A stretch of DNA of 42,578 nt from Vermiphilus sp. (GTDB taxonomy: Bacteria; Ratteibacteria; UBA8468; B48-G9; DTJG01): assembly GCA_020722805.1 (NCBI GenBank), contig DYKA01000003.1, positions 1 through 42,578 on the forward strand, in the 5' to 3' direction. The translations under genes were made by a program, and so were the position numbers. Of the stretch, positions 28,840 through 39,300 are shown piece after piece. Below the pieces are notes generated by a model. The model was not told the DNA's origin. It ran no database searches and saw nothing but the letters and a program-made list of their open reading frames with translations. Every line of letters starts with the position of its first letter. Positions within the stretch are counted from its first letter, which is position 1.

Positions 28840-30587
28840 TTCTGTTCCTTTTTAAGGACTGGCTTTTGCGGCAAGACATCCATCACTAACTCTGACTTCA
28901 GTACCTCGTTTTCATTCTTTTTCAGGTGTATCCTGATATTATTCTTGCCTGTCTGCCGCAGTTTTGCTGTCAACATATATTGTTCGCCAATTCCGGTAAT
29001 TTTATTTTCAGCCAGTCCATCAACACTCAACAGTGATTCAAGCCCGGAAACAGGATTTCCGTACCTATCAACCACAACAAATCCAACCTGAAATTCCTGA
29101 TTTTCTATAACAACCGGCTCATACTCAAGAATTTTGATGCCTGCAGGGGATGATGGCTCAACTGAAAATGTATTTGATTTACCGATATGACCCATGCCGT
29201 CGGTTATAACAACACAGGTCTCTGCGACTGCCTTCTCAAAGACTACTGTTTCCATCCATATTCCTGACGACATATCCTCTTTTATATAAGACGGAAGCCC
29301 TGTGTCCCCGGCAAAAAAGAAACCCTTTATCCTGTTTCCATATTTATCAAGCGCTTTTATTGTTATTGAAACAGGACGACCCGCTTCAATAGGTGATTTT
29401 ATCTGACTGATTTCAAAATGGTCAATGGTACCTGGTCTAACCTTTATAATGCAGGACTCTTTAATCATTGTCCCTGAAATGGAAACCGTTAACCTGTTTT
29501 CTCCTGATTTATGGAACACTATCGGGATATTGGCATTTCCATCTGCATCTGAAACAAAACTTGAAGGATATTCCGCTTCATAGGTAGATATTATGGAAAA
29601 CCTTACCCCGCTTTTAAGTGTAACATTTCCAAATAAATCCTTTGTTACAATTTTGGCGATAGTCGGCACACCTGCGTACACATTCTGAGGTAGAATAATT
29701 TCTATTGATGCTGGAGAACCCGGTTCAACCTCAAACTCTTCTGAATTCTGCCACACTCCTTTAGAATCAACAACAAACAAAATATTGTTCTTTCTTGACT
29801 TCTTAAACTGTATCATAAGATTTGCAATTCCCTTATCAAGAACAACCTCGGATGGCTCCACACTTTGAGTGAAATCAGTGATTCGTAGTTTTTCACTGGA
29901 TTCATAGATATTTCCCTCTGTGTCAATTGCTTTGATGCTTATTGAAACTGGTTTCCCTGATTGTACCTTTGCAGGAAGATTAAGTATCTGATATCCCCTG
30001 AACTGGTTTTGTGGTTTCTCTATTTTTTTTGTTTCCTCTTGGGGAATTTCTCTTTCCTCTTTTTGTTTCTCAGCGCTTATGGTAGAAGTCAGAGAGGGTC
30101 TTTGAAAATCTGGAAAGTTTATATTTCTTCCTATGGCTGCATGGCCATCTGCATAAAGAACACCATACCCGCCAGTGTGCGGAGAAGGCAGTTCTGGATA
30201 AAGAGATGTTATCTCAGTCATAAGCCAGATATTTGAGGCATTTGAAGATATTCTTTTCGCTGACTCATTCCACAGGTAATTGGTTCCGTACCTGTTGAAC
30301 TCGGTTGATATTGCAGGGCAGAAAAATAAATCTCCTGTCGCACCATATTTCCTGAGAACATTATTTATACCTCTCGGGTCTTTTTCGCTCCTAGGATAAA
30401 AAACAGCATCCGGCAAACCATCATGGTCTGCCTCAAACATTGCCACTGCCTGTCCAATCTGTTTGAGATTGTTCAAACAAACTGAGTCCTTACCCTTTTT
30501 CACAAGTTGGTACCCACCGAGAGAAAGTGTGGATACAATCGCAGCAACCGCAGCAATTTCAGTAAGCGTGAAACCTCTGTTTTTCAT
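28836..30587 (-). CDS. Prepilin-type (GFTLxE) H-X9-DG protein fused to four Ig-like repeats
   Basis: MKNRG|FTLTE, CLNNLKQIG and HTGGYGVLYADGH, then four repeats ending DTEGN, DLFGN, DKYGN and DRYGN. The start at 30587 is supported by the promoter position. Confidence 0.82.
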   Translation of the reverse strand: MKNRGFTLTEIAAVAAIVSTLSLGGYQLVKKGKDSVCLNNLKQIGQAVAMFEADHDGLPDAVFYPRSEKDPRGINNVLRKYGATGDLFFCPAISTEFNRYGTNYLWNESAKRISSNASNIWLMTEITSLYPELPSPHTGGYGVLYADGHAAIGRNINFPDFQRPSLTSTISAEKQKEEREIPQEETKKIEKPQNQFRGYQILNLPAKVQSGKPVSISIKAIDTEGNIYESSEKLRITDFTQSVEPSEVVLDKGIANLMIQFKKSRKNNILFVVDSKGVWQNSEEFEVEPGSPASIEIILPQNVYAGVPTIAKIVTKDLFGNVTLKSGVRFSIISTYEAEYPSSFVSDADGNANIPIVFHKSGENRLTVSISGTMIKESCIIKVRPGTIDHFEISQIKSPIEAGRPVSITIKALDKYGNRIKGFFFAGDTGLPSYIKEDMSSGIWMETVVFEKAVAETCVVITDGMGHIGKSNTFSVEPSSPAGIKILEYEPVVIENQEFQVGFVVVDRYGNPVSGLESLLSVDGLAENKITGIGEQYMLTAKLRQTGKNNIRIHLKKNENEVLKSELVMDVLPQKPVLKKEQK

Positions 30588-30593
30588 AGTGTA

Positions 30594-30622
30594 AGTATAC
30601 AAAATTTCTCAGTTTCAGTCAA
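30594..30622 (-). promoter_or_regulatory. Sigma70-type promoter for the prepilin-like gene, likely leaderless
   Basis: On the minus strand TTGACT-17 nt-TATACT, then 6 nt to ATG 30587; no SD. Confidence 0.65.
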
Positions 30623-30761
30623 AACAAAAATCAGGCAACAGGGTACCGCCATCATAGTAAATATTTTCAAAAATGCTTTAATCTGTTATAATTTCCACAA
30701 GCAGTCAGATTACTGAATTCTCTGTACCATCTGTCAGGAAAAACGGATAACAAAAGAAGCC

Positions 30762-32015
30762 ATGAACTCAAGGGAAAGAATAAGAGCAAGCATCTCTCAT
30801 AAGCAACCTGATAGGGTTCCTTTGGACCTGGGAGGAACCGCGGTTTCAGGAATCTCAGCATTCACCCTTGTGAAATTGAAAAAAGCGCTCGGTCTTAAAA
30901 CACCTGTGATGATTGATGAACCGTTTCAGATACTCGGCAGGGTTGATGACGAATTGAGAAAGATTCTTGGCATAGATACAGTTCCATTAAATGCAAGGAA
31001 AAACTTCTTTGGGTTTGAAAACGAAAACTGGAAGAAATGGACTGCGCCCGACGGAACAAAGTTTCTTGTCCCGGAGAAATTTAACACAACCATGGACAGT
31101 AATGGAAATGTTTACCTCTATCCCGAGGGTGATATAACTGTCTCCCCATCAGGAAAATTACCCGCTTCTGGCTTTTACTTTGACGCAATTGTAAGACAAA
31201 AGCCAATCAATGAGACATCTCTCAATCCTTCCGATAATGTGGATATCCAGGTCTTGAGCGATGAAGATCTCAGATATTACGAAATGGAGTCCATCCGCAT
31301 TTTCAAAGAAACAGAATTCTCAATTATCGGGAATTTCGGCGGTACGTCGTTCGGGGATATTGCCCTTGTTCCTGCACCATTTTTGAAAAATCCGAAGGGG
31401 ATAAGGGATATTGAAGAATGGTATATATCAACGATAACAAGACGCAACTACATATATGAAGTTTTCTCAAGACAGTGCGAAATCGCTCTGAAAAATCTAA
31501 AAATGATTTTTCAGGCAGTGGATAACAGGATTGATGTTATTTTTGTTTCCGGAACTGATTTTGGAACTCAGAATTCCCAGTTCATATCAGTTCAGACATA
31601 TCGCGAACTGTACAAACCATTTCATAGCAAAGTGAATGACTGGATACATAAAAACACTGCATGGAAAACGTTTATTCACTCATGTGGTTCTATTGAACCA
31701 TTCATAAATGACTTTATTGAGGCGGGTTTTGATATTCGTAATCCTGTTCAGTGTTCAGCAAAAAACATGGACCCTGTTGACCTGAAACGGAAATACGGAG
31801 AAAAAATTTGCTTCTGGGGTGGCGGCATTGACACACAAAAGACGCTTCCTTTCGGAACCCCTGAACAGGTGAGACAGGAAGTGAAAAATCGCCTGAAGAT
31901 ATTTTCTGAAGGCAGCGGTTATGTGTTCAATACAATTCACAACATCCAGGCAAAAACATCTGTTGAAAACATTCTTGCAATGTTTGAAGCAGTAAAACAG
32001 TTTAACAATTCCTGA
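30762..32015 (+). CDS. Uroporphyrinogen decarboxylase (URO-D/MtaA-CmuA) family protein
   Basis: MNSRERI...PDRVP, GTDFGTQ, HSCG, NPVQ, FWGGGIDTQ.TLPFGTPE and HNIQ. Confidence 0.88.
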   Translation: MNSRERIRASISHKQPDRVPLDLGGTAVSGISAFTLVKLKKALGLKTPVMIDEPFQILGRVDDELRKILGIDTVPLNARKNFFGFENENWKKWTAPDGTKFLVPEKFNTTMDSNGNVYLYPEGDITVSPSGKLPASGFYFDAIVRQKPINETSLNPSDNVDIQVLSDEDLRYYEMESIRIFKETEFSIIGNFGGTSFGDIALVPAPFLKNPKGIRDIEEWYISTITRRNYIYEVFSRQCEIALKNLKMIFQAVDNRIDVIFVSGTDFGTQNSQFISVQTYRELYKPFHSKVNDWIHKNTAWKTFIHSCGSIEPFINDFIEAGFDIRNPVQCSAKNMDPVDLKRKYGEKICFWGGGIDTQKTLPFGTPEQVRQEVKNRLKIFSEGSGYVFNTIHNIQAKTSVENILAMFEAVKQFNNS

Positions 32016-32019
32016 TAAA

Positions 32020-33744
32020 ATGAAATATCCCGACATCTGGGGAGAAGGCATGATTTTCGCGTTCTCCGGCCTTGAAGGAGAAACCGACTGGTTTGCTCCG
32101 TTTATTGCGGGCACCACAGAAAAATTCGGGTCGCTCTGTTTCAGACTGAAAGATAACAGAACCTTACATTTCAGGGGTATGGAAGAACTGAAAGATGTTC
32201 GGCCAAAGGTTATCTGTTCCGATTTGATAGTTTTCAAAAATCCGGATGTCTCAATAATCTTTGTTGAAAAAGACAGAATACTCGGTCAGTACAACCCACA
32301 GTTTCCACCATCCATAACTTCAGAAGCAGCCAGGATTGAGCAGATCGGTAATGTTGTAGTGCGTTTATCGGATGACGGAATAAGCGCTCTTATACTTGAA
32401 AATGACAGGAAGGTCTTCTCACTCTCATATGACAGGGGGAACAAATACAACGCAATACAAAAGGCGAAGAGAACCATAACAGAAAAACATTGTGAGGATG
32501 AAATTTAGAAAAAAATCAGGTTCCTTGAAAAATTCAATCATGTTCGGTTTGATGATGAGGTTGAAGAAAAAACCTATCTGAAAGCAGTCTCCGTCATGAA
32601 GGTAAACGGTGAATCCGCACAGGGAAAAATCAAATCAATATGGACAACACCTGATAGATGGCCTCATAGAGATATGTGGTTCTGGGATTCAGCATTTCAT
32701 ACGTTTGGTAACCGCTATATCTCCGGTGATCTTGCTGAAAAAACAATTACCGCAGTACTGGACTGCCAAAGGGAAGATGGATTTATTTCTATCACAATGA
32801 ATCCCGAAAAAACCAGGGTATATGAGCATATTACCCAGCCACCTCTTTTTGCATGGGCTGCACTTGAACTTTTCAAAATCACAAAAAATTATGATTTCCT
32901 TGAATTTGTTTATAAAAAAATGAGCAAATACATTGAATGGCTTTATAAAAACAGAGACAATGATAGCGATGGATTACTTGAGTGGATGATAGATGAAAAT
33001 AGTGCATCAAAATGCGGTGAATGCGGGATGGACAATTCTCCGAGATTTGACAGTGTGAAACCAGCAGAAAATGTAGCAGTCATTGACCTGAATTGCTTTG
33101 CAATAAATGAAATAAGATGCCTCTCAAAAATATCAAGAATCCTGAAAATCAACGGGGACGCATCAGTCTGGGATAAAATGGCTGAAGAAAAAACCCTGCT
33201 GGTAAACAGGCATCTGTGGGACGAGCATGATGGCTTCTATTACGATAGAAAACAAAACGGGAGTTTCATCAGAATCAAGACACCAGCGTCATTCCTTCCT
33301 TTGTTTGCAGAAATTTCAGACAGGGTAAAAGCTAGAAGAATCATTGAAAAACTTATAAACCCGGAGATGTTCTGGACAGAATTGCCTTTGCCTTCTGTGT
33401 CAAAAGATGAACAAACATTCTGCAAAGATATGTGGAGGGGTGGAACATGGCTTAATTATAATTTCCTCGTTTATAATGGCTTGAAAAAGTATGGATTTGA
33501 GGATACTGCAAAAAATCTTCTGATAAAGACAAAAAAGGCAGTTGAAAAGTGGTACATTGAAAAGGGCTCTATATTTGAGTTCTACGATCCGGATAACAGG
33601 ATACCACCGAAGGAATTGCCAAGAAAGGATTGGCTTGGAACACGCGGCTGGTCAAGAACAATAACTGATTACCACTGGAGCGCAGCAATCTATGTTGCGA
33701 TCATCAATGAGTTGAAAAAAAATGACGGAACTACCATCTTTTGA
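32020..33744 (+). pseudogene. GH63/MGH1-like glycoside hydrolase interrupted by a single in-frame TAG (32506-32508)
   Basis: ORFs 32020-32508 and 32596-33744 share a frame and are joined by 29 sense codons. Motifs WFWDSAFH, TQPPL, GMDNSPRFD, WRGGTW, EFYDP and WSAA. Confidence 0.75.
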
Positions 33745-34806
33745 ATTCAAAAAAAATTTCGTTGAAACAGTTGCAAGACACAGAAAGATCCAGACGGCAA
33801 GAAAAGGATGTCTGATATACACATTTCTTCCAGAAGAGGAGGAAATTGCAAACTCAATATCAATTCCGCCACTTGAGGAAATTGATTTTAGAAAGGATGT
33901 GCTCCTTCTTCCGAAACTTCTGTGCAATAGAGATGAAAAATTATACAGATATCGCTCTGACTATCCGGATGATTCAATTCCAGTATTGCCCCTGAGATAC
34001 GGCTCTCAGGCATATTTGCAGGTATGATTCTTGGCTCCATTAGGTTTGGCGCAAACACGTCATGGATAGAACCAGTGGGAAAAACCATAGATGAAACAAT
34101 AAACTTCCCGTGGGAAAAGGATAATCAGTTCATTGATATCGCACTGACGGGTCTTGAATACGCAGTAAAACGTCTGAAAAACAAGTGTTATGTCTATCTT
34201 TCAGGTTATCACTCGCCACTTGAACTCGCATTTATCCTGAGGGGTTCTGATTTCTTTCTTGACATCTATAATTGTCCTGAAAAGGTCCACGTACTGATCA
34301 GGAGATGTGATGAAGCACTGAAATGGGTATATCAGATAATTGAAAAAAATGTAAAGAGCGAGAATAATGGAATTATTGCAGGATATCTGTGGATGGGAAA
34401 AGGGCTTCCTTTTTTAAGCGATGATGCAGCAGGGCTTCTTTCTCCGCAGCACTATAGAGAATTTGGGGTACCTTATACAGATGAGGTTTTCAGAAGGTTT
34501 GGGGGTGGATTTCTTCATCTACATACTCAAGCATATCATCAAATGGAAAATGTATCAAACATGGGACACCTGATAATGTATAACTGGAGACCCGATCCCG
34601 GTACATCTGAAGCCATTACTATTCTTGATACACTTATTGATGGGGCAAGAAGAAAAATTGTGCTGATAATAGCAGACGCAGAATCAATAAGAAGAAATAT
34701 TTTACTTTTGGCGCAGGGCAGATTTTTTCTTCTCTGTTACTGCAGAAATCGCATAGAACAGGAGTCCATCGTTAACTTTGTTAGGGAGAAAGCACCAATA
34801 GAATAA
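33722..34806 (+). pseudogene. URO-D-like family protein split by a 2-nt frameshift near 34004
   Basis: Removing one TC from GGCTCTCAGG joins the two ORFs into 360 aa (...PLRYGSGIFAGMILG...). The C-terminal part has SPLELAFILRG, LSDD...LLSPQHYREFG.PY and LHLH. Confidence 0.7.
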
Positions 34807-34900
34807 CCGGTGGTTATTGAATATCCCTTGCAGTCCTATACAAAAAAATTGGGCTTGACCACACTCTCGCTCCAGATACAGTCAATGCCCGAATATATTT

Positions 34901-34929
34901 TTGACATTTTATTCTGGTTGAAGTAAGAT
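34901..34929 (+). promoter_or_regulatory. Sigma70 promoter for the micro-lipoprotein/RND operon
   Basis: TTGACA(34901-34906)-17 nt-TAAGAT(34924-34929). Confidence 0.7.
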
Positions 34930-34945
34930 TTTTTTCACTGTAGCA

Positions 34946-35010
34946 GTAAACACTCAATAAAGTACATTTTACACTGAATATTCAGTAAACGATGCTTACT
35001 GAATATTGGC
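34946..35010. mobile_element. Degenerate, internally rearranged copy of the 24061 MITE
   Basis: 34946-34971 matches 24061-24086 at 24/26. It contains TGAATATT twice, and the flanks CTGTAGCA/CAGGAGCA match at 6/8. Confidence 0.65.
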
Positions 35011-35021
35011 CAGGAGCAATT

Positions 35022-35111
35022 GTGAAACAAATGTCTTGTATTTTGCTGGTGGTTTTATTCATAATGATTTTTGCTGTTGGATGCAGCATGCGACTTCAGA
35101 TAGGCAAGTAG
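35022..35111 (+). CDS. Putative 29-aa micro-lipoprotein (not in the ORF track)
   Basis: AGGAG SD, GTG start, MKQMSCILLVVLFIMIFAVG|CSMRLQIGK*; hydrophobic core and lipobox-like AVGC. Confidence 0.55.
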   Translation: MKQMSCILLVVLFIMIFAVGCSMRLQIGK

Positions 35112-35195
35112 TTTATACCAGGTTACACGACATCAGATAAATAACAATGATGTCGCGGTTTAATCTAATCAAATACTTATTAAAAGGGGTATATT

Positions 35196-36344
35196 ATGAA
35201 AAGAATTTTTGTGATACTAATCCTGATATTTATTGCCATACTCGGATTCAGAATATACCAGAAATCCACAGCATATACTCCTCCCGGCATAGGTGAAATG
35301 CAAAAACAGTCAGGGATACCGGCTGATGTACTTGTTGTTCAGCCGCAAAATTTTTCAAAAAGTATTGATGCTACCGGCACCATAGGAAGCGAGGAGGAGG
35401 CCTATATTTCTGCAAAAATTCCAGGCAGGGTCGCTGCGGTGAATGCAGATGCAGGCATGCTTGTAAACAAAAATCAAATACTTCTGAGAATAGATGATTC
35501 CCAGTTAAAAATACAAAAGGCACAGATACAGAACCAGATAGTAATAGCACAGTCCAATCTTGATGCAGTCAAAATCCAGATGGATGACGCAGAACGCGAC
35601 TACAAACGGATGGAAGAATTATTCAATGAAAATGTTATCTCAAAAAAACAACTTGAGTCATATCAGGTTAAGTTTGAAACACTGAAGAAAAATTATGAGT
35701 CAGCAAGAAAAAACATTCAGGTCGTTAAAGATAGTCTCAAACTTATAGAAACACAAATTGAGGATTGCATCGTCAGAGCACCCTTCTCGGGAATTATAGG
35801 AACAAAAAGGGTTGAAACAGGCGAGGTTGTTGGAGCAGGAATGGTTCTGATGACACTTTATAATATCAACAATCTGAATGCCCAGATAAAAGTACCTGAA
35901 AATTATATACCTTTGATAAAAAAGGGTCAGGAGGTAGGAATGAAAACCGATGTCTCTGAACAGAAATTTTACGGAAAAATTACAAAAATTTCCGGAGCTG
36001 CTGACCCGAAAACAAAAATGTTTATTGCGTATGTTTCAATATCAAAGAATAATCTTCCTATAAAACCAGGCATGTTCGTTCAGGCAAATATTATTATCAG
36101 TGAAAGAAACAATGTTATCACTGTACCCCAGCAGGCAGTATTTGAAGATAAGGGAAAGAAATGCGTATATATTGTTGAAAAAGACACAGCGAAAAAAGTT
36201 GAAATAATTACCGGCGAAAAAACAGACAACCTGATTGAGGTTAAATCAGGACTTGTCCCGGGAAATACGGTTGTGGTTTTCGGTAAGGAAAACCTTTTAT
36301 CTGGCGCAAAAGTGAAAATTGTAAAAACAGAAAAAATGCAATGA
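35196..36344 (+). CDS. RND efflux periplasmic adaptor (MFP) subunit
   Basis: N-terminal TM, ISAKIPGRV, coiled-coil hairpin, VRAPFSGII, IKPGMFV and SGLVPGNTVVVFG. Confidence 0.93.
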   Translation: MKRIFVILILIFIAILGFRIYQKSTAYTPPGIGEMQKQSGIPADVLVVQPQNFSKSIDATGTIGSEEEAYISAKIPGRVAAVNADAGMLVNKNQILLRIDDSQLKIQKAQIQNQIVIAQSNLDAVKIQMDDAERDYKRMEELFNENVISKKQLESYQVKFETLKKNYESARKNIQVVKDSLKLIETQIEDCIVRAPFSGIIGTKRVETGEVVGAGMVLMTLYNINNLNAQIKVPENYIPLIKKGQEVGMKTDVSEQKFYGKITKISGAADPKTKMFIAYVSISKNNLPIKPGMFVQANIIISERNNVITVPQQAVFEDKGKKCVYIVEKDTAKKVEIITGEKTDNLIEVKSGLVPGNTVVVFGKENLLSGAKVKIVKTEKMQ

Positions 36345-39300
36345 ATCCTGTTAGATTGGCAGTAAAAAAACCTGTTTTTGTTCTGGTCATATTTTTCATC
36401 ATAATGCTGCTTGGCTTCTTCTCGCTTCCAAAGTTGCACGTTGATCTTGCTCCAAAGGTTGAAATTCCTATCGTCACCGTTATTACTGTTTACCCTGGTG
36501 CAGGACCAGACCAGGTTGAAACCCTTGTGACAAAACCCATTGAAGATGCCATAAGCACAACGAATAATCTGAAGAATATAAAATCAAGCTCTGTTGAGGG
36601 CGTGTCAATCATTGTGGCTGAGTTCAACATGGGTTCATCTGTTGACATCGCAGTAACTGACGTAAGGGAAAAGGTCTCCTCAATGATTGGAGATCTTCCT
36701 GAGGGCGCAAAACAGCCCGAGATTTTGAAGCTTGATATAAACGCGTCACCCATCCTTTATCTCAGCATCACAGGTAATGACCTTAAAAAGATCTACGACG
36801 TGGCCGACAACTTTGTCAGGGTGAAACTCCAGACCGTTCAGGGCGTCGGAAAAATAGATATTATCGGTGGTGAAAAAAGAGAAATAAGAGTTGAGGCAAT
36901 TCCTGAAAGACTCCTGTATTATGAGATTGATCTGACAACCATTGCACAGAGATTGAAGGTTGAAAATATCAACATTCCTTCCGGTCATTTTCTGATGGAT
37001 GATAGAGAGGTTTCAGGAAGATTAAATACAGAATTCAAAAGCCCCGAAGAAATAAAGCTCATTGACCTGCCTGTCTTTGATATGTCAACCGGAAGTATCA
37101 GAACAGTTCCTCTCAGCAGTGTTGCGAATGTATTTGACACAACAGCCGAAATAAGAGATAAAACAAGAACAAATGGCAAAGATTCTGTTGGAATCATTGT
37201 TCAAAAACAGCCAGACGCAAACACTATCCAGGTTGTGGATAGTGTAAGAAAGGTTCTTCCTGATATCCAGAAAGGGCTTCCAGAAGACTCAAAAATTGCA
37301 ATCGTGACTGATACATCAGAGTTTATCAAGGATGCTGTGAGTGATGTCTGGCATAAACTTTTTATAGCAGTCATTCTGACAGGGCTTATACTTTTTGTCT
37401 TTTTGTACAGCGTGGGAAGCACGCTCATTGTCTGTCTTGCAATACCTGTTTCTCTTGTCGGGACACTTTTTTTTGCATATCTTTCAAGATTTACATTGAA
37501 TATTCTCTCCCTTTCAAGCTTAACCCTTTCAGTCGGCATTGTTGTTGACAGTTCAATTGTTATCATTGAAAACATATATAGACATAAAAAAGAATTGAAG
37601 GAAAAAGGCGAAGAGGCAGCAGAAAAAGGCGCTCTTGAGGTTGCTTCAGCAGTGAGTGCCACAATGCTTACCCATATGGTTGTGTTTCTGCCGATTGTAT
37701 TTATGTCGGGTCTTGTGGGACAGTTTTTCAAAGAATTCGGGATGATACAGGTTTATACATCCCTGCTTGCTCTGGGAGTGGGTTTTACCCTGACACCGAT
37801 GCTGACAACAAAATTCCTGAAAGATACCGGAGAAAAAGATTGGGCAATAAAAGCAGAGAAAAAATTTGAACAGTTCAAAAATGGATATAGAAGAACTCTT
37901 TTGAAATTTTTACATAGGCCCGGACCGGTGCTTGTGGTTATCGGCATACTGATACCGCTCAGCTTTACATTGCTTCCTTTTATCGGCATTGAAATGATAA
38001 CAAATGCAGACGAAGGAATATACAATATATCCCTCAGAATGCCCCCGGGCACAAATCTCCAGAAAACAGAATCAATTGTAAAAGTCATTGAAGAAAAGGT
38101 GTTATCAATACCTGAAACAGATCAGGTTTTCGCAACTATTGGAAAGATTTCAGGAATGTTTGCCGGCATGGGCTCAGAAGGTCCTGAATATGCTCAGCTT
38201 CTGGTAAAACTCAAGGACGTAAGAAAAAAATCAACCACCCAAATAGTGGAAGAAATTAAACCGTTTCTCGCAGGAATACCAGGAACTATTACAGTTGCTG
38301 AGCAAAGCACAATCGGTTCAGGCGGCAGACCGCCTCTTGAAATATATATCACAGGCACAGATGAAAAATCAGTAATACAGACATCTGAAGAGGTACTTAA
38401 TATAGTCCAGTCAACTGATGGAGTTTCAAGTGCTGATTCATCATATAATCCAGGCAAACCAGAGATAAATTTTGTCATTAAAAGACCCAAGTTAGCTCAG
38501 TACAATCTGAATTCAAATCAGGCTGCAATGATATGCAGGTCTGCTCTTGAAGGAATAGTCCCATCAAAATTCAGGGTTGGTGAAAATGAATATGATATAA
38601 GGGTAACGATACCAGAAAAAGATAAAAAAGATATAAATGTACTTGAAAATCTAACAATTGTAAATCCCATGCAAAATGTTTTCTTGTTAAAACAGATCGC
38701 TGAAATAAAAGAAACATATGGACCAACAACCAGAGAAAGATACGATAGAAAACCGAGTGTTACAATACTCGGAAATATTAACAAACCCCTGGGAACAGTG
38801 ATGGCAACATTGAATAAAGAGATAAAAAAACTAAATCTTCCAGAAGGCACATCCATAATATTTGGAGGTCAGAGTGAAAGAATGGCTGAATCCTTCAGAG
38901 ACCTTTTTCTTGCTTTGATTCTGTCGGTGCTGCTTGTTTATCTTGTAATGGCGGCTCAGTTTGAAAGCTGGGTGGAACCATTTATCATTATGGGAACACT
39001 TCCTCTATCAATTATTGGAATTCTTACAGGCCTTTTTATAACAGGAAAGACAATAAACATATTCAGTTTAATGGGGATGATTGTTCTTGTTGGAATAGTT
39101 GTAAGCAATGGCATATTGATTGTCAACTTTGCAAAAAATCTGATTCAAAGGGGTAAAAACCCTGAAGAGTCAGTTATTGAAGCAAGTGCATCAAGATTGA
39201 GGCCGATTTTGATGACAACTCTGTCTATGATAGGCGGAATGCTACCGCTTGCACTTGCTGTTGGAAAAGGCTCTGTGCTTAAAGCACCGATGGCTGTCAG

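Noticed and set aside
30657-30722. GTAAATATT...TACTGAATT as a further MITE remnant
   Set aside because: The matches are only about 9 nt in AT-rich promoter DNA, with no target duplication.
32506-32508. Genome-wide TAG reassignment
   Set aside because: TAG ends full-length rubredoxin, TsaD and the RND permease; only one internal TAG is seen.
34802-34900. Imperfect inverted repeats (AATAACC/GGTTATT; GGGCTTGAC/GTCAATGCCC) as a terminator or IS end
   Set aside because: The stems are short or imperfect with no clean U-tract or target duplication, so they cannot be assigned.
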